A stretch of 64,000 nt of DNA, from the NCBI GenBank assembly GCA_963848135.1, contig CAWKCK010000017.1, positions 744,001-808,000 of the forward strand, in the 5' to 3' direction. Shown here piece by piece: positions 49,878 to 62,500 of this stretch. Each line of letters opens with the position of its first letter. Positions within the stretch are counted from its first letter, which is position 1. Below the pieces are notes generated by a model that did not search any database, was not told where the DNA came from, and saw only the letters and a list, made by a program, of their open reading frames with translations. The position numbers and the translations under genes are program-made. The stretch is from an uncultured delta proteobacterium. GTDB taxonomy: Bacteria; Desulfobacterota; Desulfobacteria; Desulfobacterales; SG8-13.

Positions 49878-49893
49878 TTGGCACTCTTTTTGC
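49878..49893 (+). promoter_or_regulatory. sigma54 -24/-12 promoter
   Basis: TTGGCACTCTTTTTGC, an exact GG-N10-GC. Confidence 0.85.
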
Positions 49894-49950
49894 CCTTATA
49901 AGGAAGGATTTTTAGCAACCCGCCTCCATCGAAAAAAGGAGAAGCCCCAA

Positions 49951-50352
49951 ATGAGTGTTCTATTCTACTCCTCGAAAAAGGCCGCAGCCGTCGAAGATCT
50001 TCAGGAATTCGTCTGTTCACTACCTGAGGAGAAATCGGAAATCTGCGCGTCCTGCGAAGAGCTGATCCGACGGTTCCAACAACCTGGTCATACTCCCGAA
50101 GTCGCGGTGCTCTGCGCTTGCGACACCGAAGAGTTGAACGCCTTCATCTCACAGGTAGATCTCTTCGCCAATACGCGGCTGGTTCTCATTCTGCCCGACC
50201 GACAACTGGTCACGGTCGGCAAAGCGCTCTCTATGAACCCGCGCTTTATAAACTACGCCGATGGGTGTGTCGAGGATACCAAGGCGGTGCTGGGCAAAAT
50301 GCTCTCCCGAAATGCTTCTCGGCAGGGCCCAACAATTGCGGAGTGCCGATAG
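49951..50352 (+). CDS. hypothetical protein, possibly a degenerate receiver-like fold
   Basis: AGGAG RBS; alternating beta/alpha pattern without the acidic pocket. Confidence 0.7.
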   Translation: MSVLFYSSKKAAAVEDLQEFVCSLPEEKSEICASCEELIRRFQQPGHTPEVAVLCACDTEELNAFISQVDLFANTRLVLILPDRQLVTVGKALSMNPRFINYADGCVEDTKAVLGKMLSRNASRQGPTIAECR

Positions 50353-50577
50353 CTCGGACCAGAAAAGAACGCACATGTCTGCGGTGGATGGCCCCATTCC
50401 AAGACGATCACCCTGAGATAGCCATCCAACGTTTGAAAAAGTACAAGAATCAATAGACAGTAAAGTGAAAGCGCTTTAGTGATAGACAATAACGTTAAAT
50501 ATAAGAGTAGAAATTCATTTAAGACTGAACCGCGAGGAACAGCGACCGGAACTTCTCCTGCTGGTCGCAGGTCTTGC

Positions 50578-53500
50578 ATGCTCTTCCGGTCCGTACGGGT
50601 ATTCTTCTGCACCGTTTCTTTCATATCATTGTTTCTTTTTCCTTTAAGCTTTTCTGCCGCCGCGGCAACCTTCACCGTCAACAGCACCGCCGATGCGATC
50701 GACGCCAGTCCCGGCAACGGCGTCTGCGCCGCGAGTGGAGGGGCCTGCACCCTACGAGCAGCCATCCAGGAAGCCAATGCCTGGGCCGGGGCGGACACCA
50801 TTGTATTCAACATCCCTGCCACCGACCCCAACTACACCAGTTCGGGCGGCGAGTCCTGGTGGCGCATCGCCCCGGCCAACATTTTGCCGGCGGTAACCGG
50901 ATCCGGCACGGTAATCGACGCTACGACCCAGACAACCAACCAGGGCAACACCAATAGTCAGGGACCGGAAATCGAACTGGACGGAACCTCAGTGGGAACT
51001 ACCGACCCTAACTGTCTGACGATTCAGGGCGGCAATTCGGTGGTCCGTGGATTTGTGATCAACCGTTGCAATGACGACGCCATCGAAATCGAGATTGCCG
51101 GCGGCAACCTTATCGAGGGAAATTACATCGGCACCGACGTCACCGGGACCATCAATCGCGCGAACGGCTATGGAATCTCGGTGAAGTCGAATGGAAATAC
51201 CATCGGGGGAACGACCATTGCCGCCAGGAACATCATTTCGGCCAACGCCAACTACGGGATTGGAATTTATGATGGCGCGGCCAACAACATCGTGAGAGGC
51301 AACTACATCGGTCTCGACAGGACGGGTAATGTCGGTCTGGGTAACGGGGACCAAGGTATTCGGATTGAAGGTGGCGCAAATAACAACACCATCGGAGGAC
51401 TCACTGCCGCCGCAAGAAACGTGATTTCCGGCAATGTCAATGACGGCATTTATCTCCAGGACACGGGCACGACCGGGAACATCATTCAGGGTAACTACAT
51501 CGGCACCAACGCCGCCGGAACAGCGGACATCGGCAACACCGACCGCGGCGTACAGATCGAAAGCGGCGCTAATAACAACACGGTCGGCGGCACCACTGCC
51601 GGCGCTGCCAATGTCATTTCGAGCAATGGAAACGACGGTGTGGTTATCGGTGACGGCTCCAATCCGGGCACCGGTACGACGGGCAACCTGATCCAGGGCA
51701 ACTACATCGGCACCGATTATACGGGCACGGCCGCGCTCGGCAATTTGGCTCACGGTGTCCATGTTACCACGGTCGACAATAACACCATCGGTGGCACCGC
51801 CGCCGGCGCGGGCAACCTTATCGCCAACAACGCTTGGGTCGGGGTCATTATTCAGAACGATACGGCCAGCGGCAATGCAATCTTGAGCAACGCGATTCAC
51901 TCTAATGGCGGTATTGGTATCGATCTGCGAGGTGATGGGGTTACAGCGAACAACGGTTCAAAGAACACCGGGCGACCAAACTTCGAGATGGATTTCCCCG
52001 TTTTCACCAATGCCAAGCTGGCCGGGACCTCTCTGGATGTATCCGGATACGTGGGCAAAGATCCGAACGATGCCGATTTCGCCAACGCGCGGGTCGAGAT
52101 CTTCAAGAGCGACAACGACGGTACCGGGTACGGCGAGGGCCAGGCCTACCTGGGATATCTGACCGCGGACGCCAATGGCAACTTCAACGGCACTTTGGAT
52201 GTGAGCGGGAATGAGCTTTCCGTGGCCGATCGGATTACCGGCACCGCCACTGACGCCAGCGGCAATACGTCCGAGTTCGGGGCGAATGTCGCGGTTCAGG
52301 CTCACCCATGCCCTGGTTGGGCGGTGACCACCACGGCCGACTCCGGGGTCCCCGGCACCCTGCGTGAGTGCATTATTGAAGCCAACAAGTTTTCCGGTGT
52401 TACCATCAGCGTGCCCGCCGGCACCTACACACTTGCCATCGCCGGGCAGGGTGAAGATGCGGCCGCCACGGGCGACCTCGATATCACCGCAAGCATGACG
52501 ATCAATGGGGCGGGTGAAAGCAGTACGATCATCCAGGCCGGCACGGACCCCACCAACGGCATCGATCGGGTATTCGATGTTCAAAATAATGCCTCTTTGA
52601 CCCTCTCGGATTTGACGATTCAAAATGGCGATGCGGGCGGGCAGAACGGCGGCGGCATCCAGGTTGCCGACACCGGCTCCGTCTTGACGCTGACGGACGT
52701 CACCCTGACGAATAACCGCACGACCAAAGAAGGCGGCGGCATTCAGAACAACAGCAGTACCCTCAACCTGACGCGCATTAGCGTGACCTCCTGCTCAGCC
52801 GAAGACGGCGGCGGGATTAACAACAGAAACAGCGGTACAGTAACCCTTACGGATTCGACCTTGAGCGGCAACACCGGCACCCGCAGGGGCGGCGGATTTC
52901 ACAACGACAACGCCGATGCAACCCTGGAACGTGTCACCTTGACTGACAATTACGCCGGGAATGATGACGGCGGTGGGCTCGTGCACCGGGGTGGCCGCAC
53001 GGTGAATCTCACAAATTGCACCGTAAGCGGGAACAGGGCGGAACGGAAAGGCGGCGGCATATACTCCGAACGCCTGATCAATATCACCAACTGCACGGTG
53101 ACCGGCAATACTGCTGCTGAGGAGAGCGGCGGCATCCACCGCCAGGGGGACACGACAAACATCAAGAACACCATCGTCTCCGCCAACTCTGATCTCAATG
53201 ACGGCCAGGATGACAATTGTAAGGAAACCTTGACTTCTGGAGGCTATAATCTCGAGGACCAAAACGAGTGTGGTTTCAATCAGACCAGTGATCAGTTCAA
53301 CACCAATCCCCTGCTCGGCCCCCTGCAGGACAACGGAGGTCCCACCTTCACCCACTCCCTGACATCCGGCAGCCCGGCCATCGATGCCGGCACCAGCAGC
53401 GGCGCCCCGGCCACTGATCAACGGGGAGTAGCCCGCGGCATCGATGGCGACGGCACCCCCAATAGCCCTGTCTCCGGCGACTACGATATCGGCGCATACG

Positions 53501-56500
53501 AGGCCGGACTGCTGGGGGTAACGGTCAAAGGCACCGTCTTCGAGGACGCGAACTTCGCCGGAACGGCAACAGAATACGACGGCGGCACCAACGACCTGGC
53601 CCTGCCAAACGTGGACGTGGAACTCTACGACGACGCCGACACCTACATCACGTCGGTCACCACCGATGCCACCGGCAGCTACAGCTTCACCGGCCTGGCC
53701 GACGGTACCTACAAGGTGCGCGTACGCTCGGCCACCATCGGCGACGCCGACACGCTTCCCAAGGCCGGCCTTAATGCCACCGTCCCGGCCACCTGGCCCT
53801 ACCCTCTTGCCGACTTGACCTGGGCCAACGGCGCGGCCCTCTACGGCGGCCAAAACCCGACCGTGGACGACACCGCCACCGCCGACAATGCCGGTCCGGG
53901 GGACACCTACATTACGGTCACAGTGAGCGGCAGCGATGTGGGCAGCGTCAACTTCGGCTTGGCCTACAACTTGATCGTCAACACCGGTGACGACACCAAC
54001 GTCAATAACGTCCGCAGCAAACAGGGCTCCCTGCGCCAGTTCATCAAGAACGCCAACGCCATCGGCACGGCCGCTTCTTCGACGGCCAAACTCAGCCAGT
54101 TCAGGATTCCCGTTACCGATCCGAACTACAACGGCAGCGGCAACGGGGAGTTTACTATTCGCCCGACCATAGCCATGCCGACGCTATCGGACCGAATGGC
54201 AATCGACGCCACCACCCAGACCACCAACATTGGCGACACCAACGGCCAGGGACCGGAGATCGAGCTCGACGGCACCGGGATTGGGGGCACCTCACGGGGC
54301 TTCGCCATCAATGCCTCTGGCTGCACCGTGCGCGGCCTGGTAATCAACCGCTTTTTCGACGGTATCTACCTGCTGGCCTCGTCCACCGCTTCGAAGATCG
54401 AGGGCAATTACATCGGCACCGATGTCACTGGTACAGTTGACCTGGGCAATTCGCGCCATGGTGTGGTGGCGGGCAACGGGTCCGAGAGCTCGGTTATCGG
54501 CGGTGCAACGGCTGGCGCGGGAAATTTGATATCCGGCAACAACGGCGACGGAATCAACATTCAGGGTGGTGGGGACATCCGAATCTTCGGCAACTTCATC
54601 GGCACCGACGCCGCCGGAACGGCCGACCTCGGCAACAGCTCTTTTGGTATCAGGGTCTTTACCGATTCCAAGCTCAACATCATCGGCGGCTCGGCAGCCG
54701 GTGCGGGCAATCTTATCTCGGGCAACAACGGTGGCGGCATCTATCTTGCCGGACCTCTCAACACGGTTCAGGGTAACCTTATCGGCACCGACACCGCCGG
54801 CACCGGCAGCATCGGCGGTTCCTACGGACTCTATGTCACCGCCGACGGCAACATCATCGGCGGCACCGCTGCCGGTGAAGCAAATACGGTTGCGTTTCAT
54901 TCGGGTAGAGGCGTTTACATTACATCCGGTGTCAATAATCTGATCACAGGCAACTCGATTTTCAGCAACGGCAGCCTGGGGATCGATCTGGCCAGTGGAG
55001 CCAATAACGACAAGGCTGTGCCCGTCATTACCAGCATTACCCCCAGCGGATCCGATTTCACAATCGTCGCCACTGCCGGCAGCGGCGACATTATCGAATT
55101 CTTCCGGGTCAACAATGCCGCCGCACCCTTGGTGACCGTCGACCCCAGCGGCTCGGGTGAGGGTTTCTTGTACCTGGGAAGCTGCGTGGACAACGGCGGC
55201 TGCAGTGGACCCCACATCAGCCCAGTGGTCGATGCCGACGCGGCCGCCGGCTCTGTTCAGGCCGTCCTGCTCTCGAGCGGTTTGAGCAGCATTGATGTGG
55301 TTACGGCCACAGCCACCGATGCGAGCAACAACACATCCGAATTTGCAGCTAACTCTTATACGTCCACATGCCCCGGAGGTGTGGTCACCACAACGGCCGA
55401 TGCGGGTTTTGCCTCCCTGCGCGAGTGTATCAATTTAGCAAACAGCAATCCCGGGACAACCATCAGCTTCAACATCCCCGGCCCTGGGAATCAAAGCGCC
55501 GGTGCGGATTCCTGGTGGCGCATCTCTCCGACCAGTGCGTTGCCGACGGTGACGGCCGCCGGAACCATCATCGATGCCACCACCCAGACCGTCAACCAGG
55601 GTGACACCAATAGCCTGGGGCCTGAAATTGAAATCAGTGGATTATCAGCAGGTAATGTCAGCGGTTTCAATCTTACGTCAGCCAACAATGCCATCAAAGG
55701 GTTAATTATCAACGGATTTAATCAATCATTTAAATCGGGTGTTGTTATTAGTGGCACCGCGGCAACCGGCAACACGATAACAGGAAATTTTGTAGGAACA
55801 GACTATTCTGGTGGTTCGGCTGTACCTAATTACTATGGCGTTTACATAGTCAATGGCGCACAGAACAACACTATCGGCGGATCCACTGCTGCTGATCGAA
55901 ATGTTATTTCAGGTAATTCAGATTGGGCGATAAGGATCACCGGTGCCAACACTTCCCTCAATATTGTCAAAGGCAATTACATCGGTACCAATCCTGCCGG
56001 AGACGCTGCCTTAGCCAACGATAATGGGATTGAGATCTCCTCTGGTGCGGATGATAATGTCGTTGGTGGAACAAATGTCGCTGATAGAAATATCATTTCC
56101 GGAAACAGATTGCAGGGTATCTATATAACCAGTGCCGACAGCAATGCCATAAAAGGGAATTATATCGGCACCGACGTTACAGCGAGTGTTGCTATCCCCA
56201 ATTTGCGCGGCATCTGGTTAAATCTTGACGCGGCTAACACAATCGTTGGCGGTACAACTGCACCTGAAAGGAACATTGTCTCCGGTAATGGCTTTCGAGG
56301 CATCGTCATTGCTAACGCTGGTGCGAATTTAAATGTTGTTCAAGGTAATTATATCGGTACAGACAGCTCTGGAACAGCTCCGTTGCCCAATTCCGGTCAC
56401 GGAATTGATGTCCAATTCGGTCCTCAAAACAACACGATCGGCGGCACCGCAAGTGGAGAAGCCAACCGGATCGCCTACAACACAGGTGATGGCATTTACT

Positions 56501-59500
56501 TGGCTTCCGGAAGCTCAGATTTTAACCAGATCTCCGGCAACTCAATCTTCGAAAATAGTGCCCTGGGTATAAACCTAGCCGGTGACGGTGCCAACAACGA
56601 CAAAGCCGCACCGACGATAACCGGCCTAACTCCCAGCGGATCCGATTTCACCATCGTCGTCACTACCTCCAGCGGCGACACCATCGAGTTCTTCCGGGTC
56701 AACAACACCGCCGCACCGGCGGTGACGGCCGATTCCAGTAACTCTGGCGAGGGTTACCTGTACCTGGGGAACTGCGTCGACAACGGCGCCTGCAGCGGAC
56801 CCCACATCAGTGCCGTGGCCGACGCCGACGCGACCGCCGGATCTGTTCAGGCTGTCCTGCTTTCAGGCGGTTTGAGCATTGGTGATGTGGTTACGGCTAC
56901 GGCCACTGATACGAGCAATAACACGTCCGAATTTGCAGCTAACGCTTATACGTCCACATGCCCCGGAGGCGTGGTCACCACAACGGCCGATGCAGGTTTT
57001 GCCTCCCTGCGGGAGTGTATCAATTTCGCTAACAGCAACCCGGGGACCACCATCAGTTTCAATATTCCCGGCCCTGGGAATCAAAGCGCCGGTGCGGATT
57101 CCTGGTGGCGCATCGCCCCGACCAGTGCTCTACCGACATTGACGGCCGCCGGTACCATCATCGATGCCATCACCCAAACCACCAACAAGGGCGACACCAA
57201 CAGCCAGGGACCGGAGATCGAACTCGACGGAACCAATGCCGGCGCCCCCAACATAGACGGTTTCCTGATTACCGGAAGTAACTGTACCATTCGCGGTTTT
57301 GTTATCAACCGCTTCAGCAGCGATGCCATCCAGATTGACAGTGGCGGCAGCAATGTCATCGCAGGCAATTACATCGGCACCGATGCTTCGGGGACGGCAG
57401 CTCTCGGTAATGCCGTCGGTGGTATTCGGGTATCTTCTGCCGGCAATACCATCGGCGGAACCACGGCGGTCACCCGAAACATCATAGCGGGCAACAACTC
57501 GCTCGGCGTCATCTTGTCCGGGGCTTCCGCGACCGGCAACGTCATCGCGGGCAACTACATCGGGACGGACAGGACCGGTAGTGCCGACCTGGGCAACGGG
57601 GCCTGGGGCGTCTTTCTCTCCGGCGCTGCCAACAACACCGTGGGCGGGACGACAGCTGGCTCCGGAAACGTTATCTCCGGCCACTCCTATGGCATCCATA
57701 TCCGCAATGCAGGCTCCACAGGCAACCTGGTCCAGGGCAACCTGATAGGTACCGATGCCACCGGTACGGCTGCCTTGTATAATATCAGCGGTGTCCAGAT
57801 CGATGCCGGCGCCACTGGTAACACTATCGGCGGAACAACGGCTGCGGCCCGCAACATTATTTCCGGCAACCAAAGCGGCGTTGTCGTGCAGGACAGCGGT
57901 ACCTCCGGAAACATTGTCATCGGCAACACCATCGGTCTTGACGTCACCGGCAACGCCGATCTGGGAAACAATCTCCACGGCGTGCTGATCGAAGACAGCG
58001 CCTCGGGCAACACAATCGGCGGAACAGCAGCCGGTAGCGGCAATGTCATCTCGGGCAACAACAGCACCGGCGTATACATCTCCGGTACGGGCACCGACAC
58101 CAACGCTGTGGCGGGTAACTTCATCGGTACCGCCGTTGATGGATCAACCGCCGTTCCGAACGGCCGCGGTATCATTATCATCGCCGGGGCAAGCGGCAAT
58201 ACCATCGGTAGCAGCTCGGCCGGGGCACGGAACATTATCTCGGGTAACACCAACGAAGGCATTCGGATCGAGGCCATCGGCACCGACGGCAACATAGTCC
58301 GGGGCAACTATATCGGCCCCGACATCTCGGGTACCTCGGCCCTCGGTAATACCGACGGCATCGGAATCCACAGCGCCTCGACGTCCAGCGTGATCGGTGG
58401 CGGCGGCGCTGGAGAGGGCAACATCATCTCCGGCAACAGCGGCTTCGGTGTGTGGATCAGCGGCGCTGGGACCGACGGCCATACCTTGCAAGGCAACCTG
58501 ATCGGCACGGATACCGCCGGCAGCGCCGATCTTGGGAATGGCAGCCACGGTATCTACATCAGCAGCAACCCCAATTCGAACGTCATCGGTGGATCGGCCT
58601 CAGGCGAAGGCAACATCATCGCTTACAGCGACGGCGACGGTATCGCAATCTTGTCACCCATGTCCGGGGGGGATTACAACCGGATCTCAGGCAACAGTAT
58701 CTTCGAAAACGCCGAGCTTGGGATCGACCTGGACCCCGACGGCGTGGGTGCAAGTGGCGGCGCCAACATGGACAAGACTGTGCCCGTCATCGGCTCGATC
58801 AGCCTCAGCGGGTCCGATTTCACGGCCGTGGCAGCGGTCACCTCCGGCGACACCATCGAGTTCTTCCGGGTAAACAATGCCGCTGCACCCCTGGTGACAG
58901 TCGACCCCAGCGGTTCAGGCGAAGGTTACTTCTTCTTGGGAAGTTGTGTCGACAACGGCGCCTGTAGCGGGCCCCACATCAGCCCTGTGGCCGATGCCAA
59001 CCCGGCTGCCGGCTCCATTCAGGCCGTCCTGCTGTCCACCGGTTTGGGCTTCAACGATTGGGTCACTGCCACCGCCACTGACGCGAGCAACAACACCTCG
59101 GAATTCAGCGTGAATGCCCAGGTTCTGGGTTCTGCCGATCTGGCAGTGACCAAAACGGACAACCCCGATCCGGCACCGGCCGGCGGACCGCTGGTCTATA
59201 CCCTGATCGTCGACAACAACGGACCAACAACGGCAAACAACGTGACCCTGACCGACACGCTTCCGGCCGGCGTCACGTTTCAGTCGGTCACTTCCAGCCA
59301 GGGATCATGTTCCGGTACCACCACCATTACCTGCGATCTCGGGGCCATCTTCAACAGCGGCACGGCCAGTGTCGAGATATTGGTGGTCACTTCCGGGGCC
59401 GGTACAATAACCAACGCAGCCAGCGTATCCGCCGACGAAACCGACCCCATTCCCGGCAATAACAGCGTCAGCATTGACACGAATGTTGTCATTTCGTCGA

Positions 59501-62500
59501 TGTTCGACGTACCGCTCACCCAGTACCAGCGGCTGCACGGTTTCATCGATTACACCACCACCGGCGGATCGCTGCGTAACCGGCCCAATAACCAAAACGC
59601 CTGTTCGGTAGTCGGCAGTTCCACGGCCACCCTATCCGGAATCCCGGCCGGGGGCACCGTGCTGGCGGCCTATCTGTACTGGGCCGGCTCCGGTTCAACG
59701 GTCGACAACCAAATCACTCTCGACGGCGCCGCGCTGACGGCCGACCGCACCTTCACGAGCCGTTTCGTTTTGGGTGCCAACAATTACGACTTTTTCAGCG
59801 GTTTCAAGGATGTCACCACCGCGGTGCAGGCCAAACGCGACGGGAATTACACGTTTAGCGGTCTGACTGTTGCCACCTCCGGTATATATTGTTCTTCCCA
59901 GGCGGTCATCGCTGGTTGGTCACTGATTGTAATCTATGAGGATTCGAGCGTCTCGGGCAAAACCCTCGTCGTCTACGACGGTTTCGACCTGGAGCGCAAC
60001 AACGCCACCAATTATCTGCTCACCGGCATATACGCCGTCGATCCCCCGGAAGCCAAAACCTCTTTTCTCTTGTGGGAAGGCGATGATACCCTTGGCGGCA
60101 CGGCGGAGGAGCTCGAGTTCAACGGTGCCAATCTGTCGGATGGACTGAACCCAGTCAACAATGTCTACAACGGTACCATCAACTCCCTCCCCACAACCAC
60201 CGCCTACGGGCTTGACCTCGACACCTTCGACGTGTCGGCCCTGGTCAGCGACGGCGACACCTCGGCCAGCAACAGGGTGTCGGTGGGACCGGATTTGGTC
60301 ATCCTAAACGCGGTCGTGCTGGAAGCCAAGACCGACATCATCGCCGGCTATGTTTTCGACGATGTTAACTACGGCGGCGGCGCCGGCCGGGTTTTATCCG
60401 CCGCGGCCGCTGCGGCCCCCAGTTTTCCCGTGGGGCGTCCCAATTCCAGGGTCGAACTCTATGATGCGGCCGGAAATTATCTGCGCGCAGATACGACCAA
60501 TGCGAACGGCCGTTACGGTTTTGCCGGAATCCCCAACGGCAGTTACTTCGTGCGCGTCGTCAACGATACGGTCACCCCGGCCAGAAGTGGCGCCACGGGG
60601 TCCGAATGGCCCGTCCAGACCTTCCGCACGAATGCCGCCACCGGAATCCCAATAGCGGTCACCAACGAGGTGGGCGGGGCCAACCCGGCCGCCCAGGACG
60701 CTCCGGCCAACACCACTAGCGCCAACCTGTTCTCGCTCACGGCCCAAACGGTGGCGCCGGTCACCATCGGCGGCTTTTTAAGTGTTATCGGTGTCGATTT
60801 CGGTTTCAACTTCGACACCATCGTCAACACCAATGATACGGGCCAGGGCAGTTTGCGAGAGTTCATCGAAAACGCCAACGCCCTGTCCAACACCAATCTG
60901 GCCCAAGCCGGCATGACCGCTGGGATCGAAAACAGTATTTTCCAAATCCCCGGCGCCGGACCTTTTACCGTTCAAACGACGACAATTCTTCCCACCCTAA
61001 CCGACCCCGTCGTTCTGGACGGTACCACCCAACCGGGTTGGGCGAGTGCACCCATCATCGAGCTCAACGGTTCCAGCGCAGGGGCGGGCGTCAGCGGGAT
61101 CACCATCACGGCAGGTGGCAGCACGGTCCAGGGATTGGTTGTCAACCGGTTCACGGGCAACGGTATCTACATCGACGGAAACGGGAACAACACGATCGCG
61201 GGGAACTACATCGGGATTAACGCGGTGGGCACCGCGGCGGCCCCCAACAATTACGGAATATGGATCAACAGCACATCTGGCAACTTCATCGGAGGGTCCG
61301 CCGTCTCTTCGCGGAACGTGATCTCGGGCAACACGTCGAGCGGCATCCGGATCCAGACCGCCGGATCGAACAACACGATCCGGGGAAACTACATCGGCAC
61401 CAGTGCCGCCGGTAACACACCGCTGCCGAACAGCCTCGGGATCAACCTCATGGGAAGCTCCGGGAACACGATCGGCGGGACTGGCGCGGCCGAGGGGAAC
61501 ATCATTTCCGGGAACACGAATTTTGGTATCCAGGTAGCCTACGGCGCGGCAAACAACGTGTTCCAGGGAAACACGATCGGGCTGGATCCGAGCCGGACAG
61601 TGGCGGTCCCGAACACGTCGCATGGCATCGTTTTTACAGGACTTGCAGCCCCCCCCCACCCCTCCAGTAACATCGTCGGAGGTGCCGCGGCCGGGGCGGA
61701 GAACGTCATCTCCGGGAACTCGGGGAGCGGGGTCCTGATCGCGAGAGGAACGGGCAACACAATCCAGGCTAACGCGATCTACGGGAACGGAATGGACGGC
61801 GTCCAGGCCCTCGACGGGACGGGGAACGCGATCCTGACAAATGCCATCTACGGCAACGGCTTGATCGGGATCGACCTGGGGAACGACGGCGTGACGGCTA
61901 ACGATGATGCCAAAACAGCCGGTGATCCCAACCTTCTGATGGACTTTCCGGTGTTCACCGCTTCCACGCTGTTGGGCACCAACCTGTATGTGGCCGGTTA
62001 CGTGGGCATTACGCCCAACCAGGCGATCTTCGCCAACGCCCGGGTGGAAATTTTCGAAGCCGACAACGATGCCAGCGGCCACGGCGAAGGACAGATTTTT
62101 CTGGGTTTTCTGATGACAGACGCCAGCGGTAATTTCAGCGGCACTATCGATGTGAGCGGCAAAGGTCTCGCCGCCGGTGAAAATATCACCGGGACTGCCA
62201 CCGACGGGAGCAACAATACCTCCGAATTTGGAACACACCGGGTTGTCGTCACGCCGGCAGTAACCATCGAGGATGTCACTGAGATCGAAGGCACCGGCTT
62301 ACTGTTTACCGTTACACTGGACGAAGCAGTGTCGGGCGGCTTCGATGTGACCGTCGGCTTCTCCGATGTAACGGCCACCGGCGGTGCGGCGCCGCTGGCG
62401 ACTCCGGAAGATTATGCCAATGATGCCGCAACCTTAAATTTTGCCGGCACGGCGGGTGAAACCAAAACATTTACAGTTGCAACACTCGATGATGCCCTCG

